This document shows positions 39,532 through 49,471 of a stretch of 60,854 nt of DNA, piece after piece. The notes under the pieces are model-generated. The model searched no databases. It saw nothing but the letters and a program-made list of their open reading frames with translations, and was not told the origin of the DNA. This DNA is from Eubacteriales bacterium (GTDB lineage: Bacteria; Bacillota; Clostridia; Oscillospirales; CAG-272). A program made the position numbers and the translations under genes. The stretch lies in contig JAZRPF010000007.1 in assembly GCA_045649045.1 (NCBI GenBank), positions 1 to 60,854 of the forward strand. The letters are read 5' to 3'. Position 1 is the stretch's first letter, and each line of letters begins with the position of its first letter.

Positions 39532-41928
39532 ATGCTATATACACAAAAAACATTGTTGACGCTTGAATATGATAAAATTATTGCCATGCTGGTCGAAACG
39601 GCGGCAACCCCCGGTGCCAAGGCACGCGCGCAGTCGCTCTTGCCCTCGGATGATTATGAGACGGTATGCGCCCGTCAGGCACGCACAAGAGATGCACGCC
39701 GCCTGTTGCAGTATAAGGGCTATCCTCCTTTTTCTTCTGTTGATGATTCTGTCCTTTCTGCCGTTGACCGCGCAGAGAAGGGGGCAACGCTAACGACGCG
39801 TGAGCTTCTTGATATCGCCTCGCTTCTTGCTTCGGCACGCGCCCTGCTTGACTATCATCACGGCAACCATCCCTTTGATACAACGCTTGACGAATACTTT
39901 ACACGCCTTCTTGCCCAAAAAACTCTTGAAGAGCGAATCGCACGCACTGTGATTGCCGAGGATATGATTGCAGATGAGGCATCACCTGCCCTCGCGGATA
40001 TTCGCCGTAAAATCAGAACAGCCAATAATAAGATTAAAGATACACTTCAGAATTTTGTCAGCGGTGCAAGGTCTAAATATTTACAGGAAAATTTGGTTAC
40101 CATGCGCGACGGACGGTATGTTGTCCCTGTCAAAAGCGAATACCGCAATGAAATCAAGGGACTTTTGCATGATACCTCATCATCGGGTGCAACCGTCTTT
40201 ATTGAGCCGATGGGTGTTGTGGAAGCCAATAATGAGCTTCGCGTGCTGGCAGGTAAGGAGCAACAGGAAATCGAGCGCATTCTCAGTGAGCTTTCTGCTT
40301 TTTGCGCCGAGGTTTCCACCTCCATTCGCGTTGACTATCATCAGATGACCGAAATTGCCTTCTTTTTCGCTTGTGCAGGACTTGCCGAGACAATGAAAGC
40401 AGAGCCACCGCACATCACCGAATCGCGTGAGATTGATTTGCGCCGCGCAAGACATCCTCTGATTGCGAAGGATAAGGTCGTCCCCATTACCGTCTCACTT
40501 GGCAGGGAATATGACACCCTGATTGTGACAGGCCCGAATACAGGCGGTAAAACTGTCAGCTTGAAGACGCTCGGACTTTTTGCTCTGATGGCACAGGCGG
40601 GCTTGCAGTTGCCTGCCGACGAAGAAACGACAGTTGGTGTCTTTCAGGATATTCTTGTCGACATCGGTGACGAGCAGAGCATTGAGCAGTCGCTTTCTAC
40701 CTTCTCGTCGCACATGGTGAATATCGTGGATATTTTGGGGCAGGTCGGTCCCCGCTCACTTGTCCTCTTTGATGAGCTTGGGGCGGGAACGGACCCCATA
40801 GAGGGGGCAGCACTTGCCGTTTCCATTCTGGAGCATACGCGACAAAAGGGTGCGCTCACGGTTTCAACCACGCACTATGCAGAATTAAAGGCATATGCGC
40901 TTGAAGCTGACGGCGTGTGCAACGCCTCCTGTGAATTCGATATCACCACTCTGCGTCCGACTTACCGATTGATTGTCGGCACACCGGGAAAATCCAATGC
41001 CTTTGCGATTTCAGAGCGTTTGGGACTTCACCCCGATGTGATTCGCCGTGCTGAAATGATGGTTTCGGGCGAAAATAAACGCTTTGAATCGGTCATTGAA
41101 AAGTTAGAGGAAAGCCGTATGGCGATGGAGCGCGACCGAGAGGAAGCGGCGCGTCTTCGTGAGGAGAGCGAGCGCAAGCAGCATGAAATTGAGGCGAGCA
41201 TGACAGAAAAAATCAAGCGCGCCGAGGATGAGCTGCAAAGGGCGCAGGACCGCGCAAGACAAATGCTTGAGGGCGCGCGTGCGTCGGCGGATTTTGTCTT
41301 TAAGCAGCTTGAGGACATTAAGAAGAAGCAGGATAAGAAAAATTTTGCCGAAGAGCTTGCGCGTGCAAGACGCGAGGTGCAGGCAGATTTGCGCCGTGCC
41401 TATGACGAGGGCGATTTCTCGCTTGATGATGGCATTGCCGACGAGGATTATACACTTCCGCGCGAATTGCGGGTGGGCGACCGCGTGTACCTTGTTTCCT
41501 TTAAGCAAGAGGGCGTTGTTGCAGAGCTACCCGATAAGAAGGGCAATGTGCAGGTAAAGGCAGGTGTTTTGTCGGCGAAGGTGCCGATAGAAAAGCTGCG
41601 CTTGCTTGAAGGGACGCCCAAAAAGAAAACAGCACCGCGTACCGAAGCGCGCAAAACAAGACCGTCGCAGTCGCTTGCCTTCTGCAAGAGTGAGGTTGAT
41701 GTGCGCGGCATGATTGGTGACGATGCGTGGTTTGTCATTGATAAATATTTAGACGATGCCATGCGCGCAGGGCTTGCAGAGGTGCGAATTATTCACGGAA
41801 AGGGAACAGGCGCACTGCGGCTTGCCGTTCAGCGTTGCCTCAAAAGCGATACACGCGTCAGAAGCTTTCGCGGCGGTCTTTACGGCGAGGGCGATTCGGG
41901 CGTGACGGTTGTTGAATTGAAGAAATAA
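39532..41928 (+). CDS. mutS2: Endonuclease MutS2
   Basis: TGPNTGGKT, DEQSIEQSLSTFSSHM, Smr domain IIHGKGTG. Confidence 0.96.
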   Translation: MLYTQKTLLTLEYDKIIAMLVETAATPGAKARAQSLLPSDDYETVCARQARTRDARRLLQYKGYPPFSSVDDSVLSAVDRAEKGATLTTRELLDIASLLASARALLDYHHGNHPFDTTLDEYFTRLLAQKTLEERIARTVIAEDMIADEASPALADIRRKIRTANNKIKDTLQNFVSGARSKYLQENLVTMRDGRYVVPVKSEYRNEIKGLLHDTSSSGATVFIEPMGVVEANNELRVLAGKEQQEIERILSELSAFCAEVSTSIRVDYHQMTEIAFFFACAGLAETMKAEPPHITESREIDLRRARHPLIAKDKVVPITVSLGREYDTLIVTGPNTGGKTVSLKTLGLFALMAQAGLQLPADEETTVGVFQDILVDIGDEQSIEQSLSTFSSHMVNIVDILGQVGPRSLVLFDELGAGTDPIEGAALAVSILEHTRQKGALTVSTTHYAELKAYALEADGVCNASCEFDITTLRPTYRLIVGTPGKSNAFAISERLGLHPDVIRRAEMMVSGENKRFESVIEKLEESRMAMERDREEAARLREESERKQHEIEASMTEKIKRAEDELQRAQDRARQMLEGARASADFVFKQLEDIKKKQDKKNFAEELARARREVQADLRRAYDEGDFSLDDGIADEDYTLPRELRVGDRVYLVSFKQEGVVAELPDKKGNVQVKAGVLSAKVPIEKLRLLEGTPKKKTAPRTEARKTRPSQSLAFCKSEVDVRGMIGDDAWFVIDKYLDDAMRAGLAEVRIIHGKGTGALRLAVQRCLKSDTRVRSFRGGLYGEGDSGVTVVELKK

Positions 41929-41945
41929 AGAACATTTCAAAAATA

Positions 41946-41976
41946 AAAAGCAGGATAGTCATTATCCTGCTTTTTC
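41946..41976. terminator. Bidirectional terminator
   Basis: aaaagcaggata-gtcat-tatcctgctttt. Confidence 0.8.
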
Positions 41977-41990
41977 TATTGAAGCGCCTT

Positions 41991-42545
41991 TTATGATTCA
42001 ATCTGACGGCTCAAAAAATTGGCGGCGGTTTGAATCAGCTTGGTTTCAACCTCCTCGGAGAGCTTGCGCTCACCTTCCTCCCCCATAGGCACAACCGAGC
42101 AAACAGCGCCGATGATATCACCCTCATTGACTATGGGCATTGCACAGCTGACATAGTGTGAGCCACCGTCATGAATGACCGAAAGCTGCTCGGTGCCGCT
42201 TTTGTGGATATAAATATTTCTGTTTTCCATGATTTTTTCCATATCGGAGGAAATTTTGCGCTCGCTATATTCCTTTTTCGAAACGCCCGATGAGGCAATG
42301 ACGGCATCGCGGTCGGTGATAATGACCGCCATGGAGCAGATTTTTTGCAGTGTCTCGGCATATTGCGCGGCAAAGGCGGCAAGCTCGCCAATAGGCGAAT
42401 ACTTTTTGAAAATCACCTCACCCTCTCTGTCGGTGAAAATTTCAAGTGGGTCGCCCTCGCGAATCCGCATTGTTCTTCTTATCTCCTTCGGGATAACGAC
42501 TCTACCGAGGTCGTCAATGCGTCTTACAATTCCTGTGGCTTTCAT
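41991..42545 (-). CDS. spoVT: Stage V sporulation protein T
   Basis: MKATGIVRRIDDLGRVVIPKEIRR AbrB domain plus GAF-like C-terminus. Confidence 0.96.
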   Translation of the reverse strand: MKATGIVRRIDDLGRVVIPKEIRRTMRIREGDPLEIFTDREGEVIFKKYSPIGELAAFAAQYAETLQKICSMAVIITDRDAVIASSGVSKKEYSERKISSDMEKIMENRNIYIHKSGTEQLSVIHDGGSHYVSCAMPIVNEGDIIGAVCSVVPMGEEGERKLSEEVETKLIQTAANFLSRQIES

Positions 42546-42838
42546 ATATATAAAAATCTCCTTTGTTTTTACAGATTTGTAATGTTATTATCTGCAAAAC
42601 AAGGGGATTTATGCTTTCGCGTCATTTTTTCATAAACAATGATATTTTTCTTGAAAATCTTATTCTTAGCTCTGTACTACTGTCGATATTTCACCAATTT
42701 TTATACTTCTTTGGCGCTTTTATATTTTCCGAAAGATCCAAGGCCAAACAATGCGGTATCGAAGGATACCTCTTCTAAATGAGCCGAGAATATCCGCTAA
42801 CGAGTGGAAAGCGGGAATTTATTATTCAAAAACACTAC

Positions 42839-42867
42839 TTGACAAAACACCGTTGCGACTATATAAT
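42839..42867 (+). promoter_or_regulatory. Sigma-A promoter
   Basis: TTGACA-N17-TATAAT. Confidence 0.75.
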
Positions 42868-43003
42868 ATCCTTGTTGCTTTCATAACAATGATTTTAGAT
42901 TCCATTGGGAGAACTTTATGGTTGGTTATCTTTTGATTCTGCTTTATACGGTGCTAAACTTAGGTGAAAGCATTGCCGTGCGCACTTATGCGAGGCGGCA
43001 TGG

Positions 43004-43522
43004 AGAAGCACGGCGCTCTATATCGCGCTGTTTGCCGCCGCGCTTCTGATGGTCTTCCGCATCCTGCCACCGCTTCTGACCACGCTCGTGATCATCGACG
43101 CTCTGCTCTTTCTCGATAGAGATGCGCTCATCCATCTCGATTATCCCCTCCTGCTCACCTTCCTCTGCTTCTTTATCTTCTCCTCCAATATGGCACGCAT
43201 CGCCCCCGTCAGCGAGCTTCTCTCTTCCTTGCTTTCAAAGGACGTACTGCTCTGCAGTACCCTCTCCTGCCAGGCGATCAGCAACGTGCCCTCTGCGATT
43301 CTGCTCTCCTCCTTCACGCAGAATTACGCCTCTCTGCTCGTCGGTGTCAACATCGGCGGTGCGGGTACGCTCATCGCCTCCCTTGCCAGCCTGATCACCT
43401 TCCGCGAGTACCAGTCCCACGCAGGCGGCTCTGTGCGCCGCTACCTGCTCCTCTTCTCCGCCATCAATTTCGGACTTCTCATCATTTTGTTCCTGTTTGC
43501 GAAGTTCGTACTGTTTTTATAA
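43004..43522 (+). pseudogene. 5'-truncated SLC13/citrate-transporter (YbiR-like) permease
   Basis: LDYPLLLTF, SCQAISNVPSAILLS, GVNIGGAGTLIASLASLI; only the C-terminal ~170 aa. Confidence 0.8.
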
Positions 43523-43526
43523 AATC

Positions 43527-43553
43527 AAAAGGACGGTCAATGACCGTCCTTTT
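43527..43553. terminator. Terminator, copy 1
   Basis: aaaaggacggtc-aat-gaccgtcctttt. Confidence 0.8.
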
Positions 43554-43556
43554 CAT

Positions 43557-44459
43557 TTATATAATTTTTGTTTCTGCACCAATCTCGGCGAATTTAGCGG
43601 CGATAACTTCTGCCTCCGCACGTGAAACTCCGCCCTTCACCAAATGAGGAAGCTTTTTTTCAATGATGTCAAGAATTTCGATCATCTCTTCTATATCATC
43701 CTTGCCTGTCAACTTCGAAATGATAGAAGTCGCTGAGCCCTTCTGCTTGTCAGGACAGGAAAGCAATATAATCGACACCTTGTCACAGGCATCCTCTGAC
43801 ACATCGGCATTTTCCTCCATTTTATAAAGTGCGACAGCATTTTCTGCCGCTTCCACTTTGCCTTGCTCCACTTTTTCTTGGTTTGCTTTATCTCTGAACA
43901 CGCGAATCATTGTGATATACACACCAACAAAAAGCAAGATAACACAAAGCCACAATCCAACATGTAGTTTCCCAACTTCTTTGTCACTCAACTTTGCAAA
44001 AAGATAATTGATTCCAATTATAGCGTAAGGAAAAAACAAGAGCGCACCACTTGCTTCCGCAATATGAGATATTTCTTTCATACATTTATTGGATTTTTCC
44101 TCTTTTGTTTTAGCATCATTGTATGCACGAAGCGCAAGTGCAATATTTAAAACCAATATCACACAGTAGGAAATGAGCCAAATTACAGATAAAACAGGTG
44201 AGATAACGAATGGATCTTCACCCACAAGTGAGTCGACGACATTTATAGGAAATCCTAATGTTTCCTCGCCCTTGTCTCCCGATACTATAATGGGAGCCTC
44301 GTAATTATTCATATAATAATCGAAAGCACTAATGGAGGCATAAAACGTTCGTCCATCCTTTTCATCGGTATCCGCAATGCCGATTCCGGGAACGAACAAC
44401 AAAATCAGTGCCAAAATGCCTAATATAATTTTGATATACGCTGTTTTTTTCGCAGTCAT
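43557..44459 (-). CDS. Membrane protein with C-terminal ribosomal L7/L12 CTD-like domain
   Basis: About 4 TM segments, then VSIILLSCPDKQK…LPHLVKGGVSRAEAEVIAAKFAEIGAETKII; RBS ggagga. Confidence 0.7.
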   Translation of the reverse strand: MTAKKTAYIKIILGILALILLFVPGIGIADTDEKDGRTFYASISAFDYYMNNYEAPIIVSGDKGEETLGFPINVVDSLVGEDPFVISPVLSVIWLISYCVILVLNIALALRAYNDAKTKEEKSNKCMKEISHIAEASGALLFFPYAIIGINYLFAKLSDKEVGKLHVGLWLCVILLFVGVYITMIRVFRDKANQEKVEQGKVEAAENAVALYKMEENADVSEDACDKVSIILLSCPDKQKGSATSIISKLTGKDDIEEMIEILDIIEKKLPHLVKGGVSRAEAEVIAAKFAEIGAETKII

Positions 44460-44577
44460 TGATATTACTCCTCCAATGCATATTTTGACGCATTATATCA
44501 CAAATCGAGATATTTGTCAATATAGCACTTCCATTTTTCGTATAATAATCTCAATACGAGAAGTACGGAGGCACGCA

Positions 44578-44814
44578 ATGAGATTGAAGGATATTCGCGA
44601 GGACGGCGACATCACGCAAAAGCAGCTTGCCGATTTTCTGCATATTAAGCTCAACACCTATTCGCAGTACGAGAACAGTCAGCGTAGCCTTCCAATCGAT
44701 GTGCTTATCAAGCTTGCTGACTATTTCGGCACCTCAACCGACTACATTCTCGGGCTCACCGACGAAAAAACGCCCTACCCGCGGCAAGGGCATGTAAAAA
44801 AGGACGGTCGATGA
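44578..44814 (+). CDS. XRE family HTH regulator
   Basis: LKDIREDGDITQKQLADFLHI..NTYSQYEN…TSTDYILG. Confidence 0.9.
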   Translation: MRLKDIREDGDITQKQLADFLHIKLNTYSQYENSQRSLPIDVLIKLADYFGTSTDYILGLTDEKTPYPRQGHVKKDGR

Positions 44815-44826
44815 CCGTCCTTTTTC
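44796..44826. terminator. Terminator, copy 2
   Basis: aaaaaaggacggtc-gat-gaccgtcctttttt. Confidence 0.8.
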
Positions 44827-44861
44827 TCTGTTATATCATAATATGCAATATCAAATGTTTT

Positions 44862-44934
44862 GTAGGGCGATGCCTTGGTGCCGCTTATCGACAATTTTTG
44901 CATTCTGTTCGGCGGGAGCAATCCCCCGCCCTAC
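44862..44934. repeat. GTAG-type REP-like element
   Basis: GTAGGGCG…CGCCCTAC ends with internal hairpins. Confidence 0.6.
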
Positions 44935-44950
44935 GGGATTAGCAAATCTT

Positions 44951-45190
44951 TTATACAATCAGCATCGCGTCGCCGAAGGAGAAAAAGCGATACTTGGCGA
45001 CAACCGCTTCTTCGTACGCTCGCATGATAAAGTCCTTCCCTGCAAGGGCAGAAACCAGCATGAGGAGAGTACTTTCGGATAGGTGAAAATTAGTGATCAG
45101 TTCGTCGATTGCCTTGACTGCGGTTTTCATTGCCGAGATGTGTGCTTTGGTCATGGGGTTGAAGCTTCCGAATAATACTGCGATCTTCAT
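44951..45190 (-). pseudogene. In-frame chimera: nucleotidyltransferase (NadD/CoaD-like) N-terminus fused to the QueA C-terminus
   Basis: [17 protein letters not shown] + [18 protein letters not shown]…[12 protein letters not shown]. Confidence 0.85.
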
Positions 45191-45443
45191 GTGTATCTCT
45201 CCTTTTGAGGTGCTTTATTTGAGTATATTATATCATGGTACCATCCTATTTTGTCGGTATGAAATCAACATTTTTAATCTATAATGCTATATTAGCTTGA
45301 GCAATCACATGCCCGCCATCACGGAGCTACAGAATCTCTCCGGATGACATTTGATTTCAAGATATATATTTGGCTATATCTATTTACAAACATCAACCGA
45401 GGAGATTTTAGCAAGCTATATGAGTGTTTTAACAGCAATAAAG

Positions 45444-45626
45444 CTATGTTTTATCGATCCCAATGCGTTTTGCGAGGCGAAACATGGCGTCGCAAAAACG
45501 ATTTGTGGGTGTCAGTGTTATCAGTAACGGGTCGCCCTCGCGAATTCGCATAGTTCTTCGGATTTCTTTGGGGATGACCACTCTGCCGAGGTCGTCAATG
45601 CGTCTTACAATTCCTGTGGCTTTCAT
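45444..45626 (-). pseudogene. Duplicated spoVT 5' fragment (first 34 codons) with an unrelated tail
   Basis: Amino-acid identical to the spoVT N-terminus up to …EGDPL, with synonymous nucleotide differences. Confidence 0.85.
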
Positions 45627-45791
45627 ATATGAAATCTCCTTGTTTTGCAGATTACGGAGATAGTATTTGTTAAATAAGGAGATTTATACTTTTGCCGTCC
45701 TGCTCTTCGTAAATTTTCGCTCCCAAGCGAAAATCAATTTCTATAAACAAAAAGAACTCTTGCTTTCCTTACGGTAAGCAAGAGTTCGATT

Positions 45792-46073
45792 TTAAATTTT
45801 GCTTTTCAGTGCTTCAATCACGGTGTTTACAACGGCTATACTGTCTTCGGAAAGATCTGATACATCAAGCATTCTTTCTCTCTCTATGCCCAAAAGATAA
45901 TCGGTTGTGACATTGAAAATGCGAGAAATTTTGATTAGTATGTCGTACGAGGGGGACCTGTCTCCGCTCTCGTAAAACGAAACAACTGACTTTGCAACAC
46001 CGAGCTTATCCGCTAAATCCTTTTGGCTCATTTTCTTTGCGGTGCGTAAAGCTTTCAGTTTTTCAGAAAACAT
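45792..46073 (-). CDS. XRE family HTH regulator
   Basis: LKALRTAKKMSQKDLADKLGV…YESGDRSP…TTDYLLG. Confidence 0.9.
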   Translation of the reverse strand: MFSEKLKALRTAKKMSQKDLADKLGVAKSVVSFYESGDRSPSYDILIKISRIFNVTTDYLLGIERERMLDVSDLSEDSIAVVNTVIEALKSKI

Positions 46074-46305
46074 AAAGCCTCCTATGAAAAATCTTATTAT
46101 AGTATTATATCAAAAAAATCTCCACTAATGGTGAATTTTAGTTATCTATGTGTAGACAAAAACAAAAAAATGTGATATAATAAAAGACAAGCATAGGGCA
46201 TTGTGAATTTGACGGCCTTTCAAGGATAAAAATTCAGATGTTGCTTTGCTTGGCTCAACACACATGGTATTAACAAAAATTTGCATGAATGACAGGAGAG
46301 AAGGA

Positions 46306-46899
46306 ATGTTAAAATTTAATTGCTATTTGCCTCGGCTGTATATGCTTGTCAACAAGGTAAAGTTCGGAAAAAAGCTGAAATGCATTGGCTGGCCTTTTGT
46401 TTTCAGATTTCCAAGAGCAAAGCTACAGGTCGGTGACAACTGCAGAATCAACAGCAATTTCTGGTCCAACCTATTAGGTCTTTACCAAAGAACCATTATT
46501 GTTGCGAAGGGAAGAGGAGAAATCACAATAGGCAATCATGTGGGAATTTCCGGTGCGACGATTTATGCGCGAGAGAAAATAAGCATCGGTGACAATACCC
46601 TGGTAGGAGCAAATGTTAAAATCGTCGATAATGATTTTCATCCAATTGATTCGGAAGCAAGACTGAAGCATCAAAACGAAAAGGTGAAGAGCCGCCCCGT
46701 TGAGATCGGTCAGAATGTATTTATCGGCATGAATTCCATCATACTGAAAGGAACCGTCTTAGGGAATAATTGTGTGGTTGGTGCAGGAAGCGTTGTGAGT
46801 GGCAGGTTTGAAGATAACTGTGTGATTGCGGGTAATCCTGCAAGAGTTATCAAGGTCTTGGATCCTATGGAAGTCCCAAAGGAAGCGACGGCGGAGTGA
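46306..46899 (+). CDS. Hexapeptide-repeat (LbH) O-acetyltransferase
   Basis: IGDNTLVGANVKIVDNDFH, VVGAGSVV, IAGNPARVIK. Confidence 0.9.
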   Translation: MLKFNCYLPRLYMLVNKVKFGKKLKCIGWPFVFRFPRAKLQVGDNCRINSNFWSNLLGLYQRTIIVAKGRGEITIGNHVGISGATIYAREKISIGDNTLVGANVKIVDNDFHPIDSEARLKHQNEKVKSRPVEIGQNVFIGMNSIILKGTVLGNNCVVGAGSVVSGRFEDNCVIAGNPARVIKVLDPMEVPKEATAE

Positions 46900-47007
46900 T
46901 TCTGAATTCCGTCGGCGAAAGCGTCTATGGTTCAGTAGATAACATTTGACGCGTACAAAAAGAACGCCGTCTTGATCAAAGAGATCAAGACGGCTTTTCA
47001 TATGGCT

Positions 47008-47451
47008 TTATCTGCGCCTGCGCTTTTTCTTTGCGCTTTTCTTTTGTGCGCCTGCAAGTCCGCCGAGGACGGCGAGTGCGATTATGATGGCATACAGGCA
47101 AAGTGAGACGGTGAGAGGTGTTGCGGAATTGCCGCGATTGATAGCAAAGGAAATGATATAGACGAGGGCGGCGAGCGTCATACCCGATGTAAGACCGACA
47201 AGCGCGCCCTGCTTACCGCGCAATTTACTTGACGATAAGCCGAATACAAATGCACCTGCGGCGAGCGCGGCATAGGAGAGCGGTGCAATCAGCCTTGTGG
47301 GATCGGCGTTTTTGTAGGCGAGAAGGGAAAGAATCAGCAGGGCAGACAGTGCAAAGAGCGAGAAGGATAGAAGTCCGCCGAGCAGACTCATGGCGAGTCC
47401 GCGTTTTGTATTACCTGCGAAACGAACAGATGAGGATACTTTTTCCATCAT
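47008..47451 (-). CDS. TIGR04086/YrzE-like membrane protein
   Basis: Four TM helices, KQGALVG, basic tail; downstream of yajC. Confidence 0.75.
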   Translation of the reverse strand: MMEKVSSSVRFAGNTKRGLAMSLLGGLLSFSLFALSALLILSLLAYKNADPTRLIAPLSYAALAAGAFVFGLSSSKLRGKQGALVGLTSGMTLAALVYIISFAINRGNSATPLTVSLCLYAIIIALAVLGGLAGAQKKSAKKKRRRR

Positions 47452-47589
47452 AGTGGCTCCTTTGTTTAATCAGAATCACTTTTGCTATATATATATGTAT
47501 GATGGTGAAGAATTAGAACAGGTATGGAAAGCTAAAAGAAAAAAGACAGAAGAATCTGTCTTTCTTTTTATATATAGCGAAGGCTATAC

Positions 47590-47889
47590 TTATTTTTTCT
47601 TTTCAGCATTCAGGGCGCGCTTATCGCTTGCCTTGACATCGACTGTCATAACGGCACTTTTGAGGAAGCGAACCTTGGTCTTATCCTTGCTTGTGACAAC
47701 CGTAATGGTTTCCTCGCGAATGCTGGCAATTTCGCCAATCAAACCGCACTTCAAGGTCACCTCATCGCCGACCTCAAGGCTGTCCATCATATGATTGAAT
47801 TCCTGTTGCTGCTTTTTTGTACTGCGCCAGTTAAAGAAAATAAAGGCACCAAGCACGAGTAGCATAATACCGGTAGTGGCTAATTCCAT
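47590..47889 (-). CDS. yajC: Preprotein translocase subunit YajC
   Basis: Single TM helix, LEVGDEVTLKCGLIGEI; RBS ggagg. Confidence 0.9.
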   Translation of the reverse strand: MELATTGIMLLVLGAFIFFNWRSTKKQQQEFNHMMDSLEVGDEVTLKCGLIGEIASIREETITVVTSKDKTKVRFLKSAVMTVDVKASDKRALNAEKKK

Positions 47890-47986
47890 GAAAATTTCCT
47901 CCAAAAAATAATTTACACTTAAATAGCATTATACACCAAATTCACTTGAAATGCAATAGCATTTTGGCGAATTGATGAAAAAGAAT

Positions 47987-49471
47987 TTAAGAATGATAGA
48001 GTTTTTTTGTTTGGTAGACGGGCTCGCAGGTAACCTCCATGCCGAGCTTACGGAATACACCCATATCGTCACTTGACAAAATGACTGTTGAATGCACCTC
48101 GCTTCCGCGAAGCAAGTCGAGTGCCGCCATTGCTCTTGCGGCAACAGAGTCGGTCACAGCACAGATGGACAAGGCAATCAAAAGCTCATCGGTATGCATA
48201 CGCGGGTTATGTGCGCCCATGTGTCCAACCTTTAACTGCTGGATCGGCTCAATGACAGTTGATGAAATCAGATTGATTTCATCAGGGATATCGGCAAGTG
48301 CTTTCAGTGCGTTCATAAGAGCCGCCGATGCTGAACCGAGCAGGGAGGATGTTTTGCCTGTGACAATTCTGCCGTCGGGAAGTTCAATTGCGGTAGCGGG
48401 TGAGCTTGTGCGTTCAGCGACAGCGAGTGCAGATGCAACGCAGGGACGGTCGGCAAGTGTGACACCGACGGAATTCATCAAAAGCTCAATCTTGCGAATT
48501 TCACTATCCGAGCCAAGACCGTTTGCACGCTGACAGCGCGCCTTATACGAGCGGCGAATAATCTCCTGTGCGGCGGCGGCAGAGACGGCATCATTGTCGA
48601 AAATCGCAAAGCCTGCCATGTTGACACCCATATCTGTCGGGCTTTTGTAGGGGCAGCTATTATAGATTTTTGTCATAATGGCGCGCAGGACGGGGAAAAT
48701 TTCAACATCGCGGTTATAGTTGACCGCCATTTCACCGTAGGCATCGAGGTGGAAAGAGTCAATCATGTTCACATCATCAAGGTCGGCGGTTGCCGCCTCA
48801 TACGCGAGGTTGACAGGATGCGACAAGGGCAGGTTCCAAATCGGGAAGGTTTCAAATTTTGCATAGCCTGCGGCGATACCGCGCTTGTGCTCATGATAGA
48901 GCTGAGAAAGGCAGGTTGCCATCTTGCCGCTACCGGGACCGGGGGCGGTGATGATGACAAGCTCGCGCGTGGTTTCAATATAATCATTTTTGCCAAATCC
49001 GTCATCCGACACAATGAGTTCAATATCTGTCGGGTAGTTTGGAATCGGGTAGTGACGGAAAACACGGACACCCAAGCGTTCAAGTCGGGCGGCAAAGGCA
49101 TCAGCAGCGCGCTGACCTCTATACTGCGTCATGACAACCGAGCCGACAAAAAGACCAATTCCGCGAAAAGCGTCAATCAGACGCATGGTATCTGCGTCAT
49201 AGGTGATACCAAGGTCAGCGCGTCTCTTGTTGGCTTCAATATCCGCGGCATTAATGACAATGACGATTTCTGCCTGGTCAGCAAGCTCTGCAAGCATACG
49301 CACCTTGACATCGGGAGCAAAGCCCGGCAATACGCGCGCGGCATGATAGTCATCAAAAAGCTTTCCGCCAAATTCAAGGTAAAGCTTTCCGTTGAACTTC
49401 TTAATTCTGTCGCGTATCTTCTGCGATTGCAGTTGAATGTAAAGCTCATTATTAAAACCGATTTTTGTCAT
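47987..49471 (-). CDS. DUF1846 (UPF0371) family protein
   Basis: KLYLEFGGKLFDDYHAARVLPGF, TAPGPGSGKMATC, AKFETFP. Confidence 0.9.
   Translation of the reverse strand: MTKIGFNNELYIQLQSQKIRDRIKKFNGKLYLEFGGKLFDDYHAARVLPGFAPDVKVRMLAELADQAEIVIVINAADIEANKRRADLGITYDADTMRLIDAFRGIGLFVGSVVMTQYRGQRAADAFAARLERLGVRVFRHYPIPNYPTDIELIVSDDGFGKNDYIETTRELVIITAPGPGSGKMATCLSQLYHEHKRGIAAGYAKFETFPIWNLPLSHPVNLAYEAATADLDDVNMIDSFHLDAYGEMAVNYNRDVEIFPVLRAIMTKIYNSCPYKSPTDMGVNMAGFAIFDNDAVSAAAAQEIIRRSYKARCQRANGLGSDSEIRKIELLMNSVGVTLADRPCVASALAVAERTSSPATAIELPDGRIVTGKTSSLLGSASAALMNALKALADIPDEINLISSTVIEPIQQLKVGHMGAHNPRMHTDELLIALSICAVTDSVAARAMAALDLLRGSEVHSTVILSSDDMGVFRKLGMEVTCEPVYQTKKLYHS

Noticed and set aside
41991-45626. 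skin-like element splitting spoVT
   Set aside because: A complete spoVT ORF exists and no recombinase is present.
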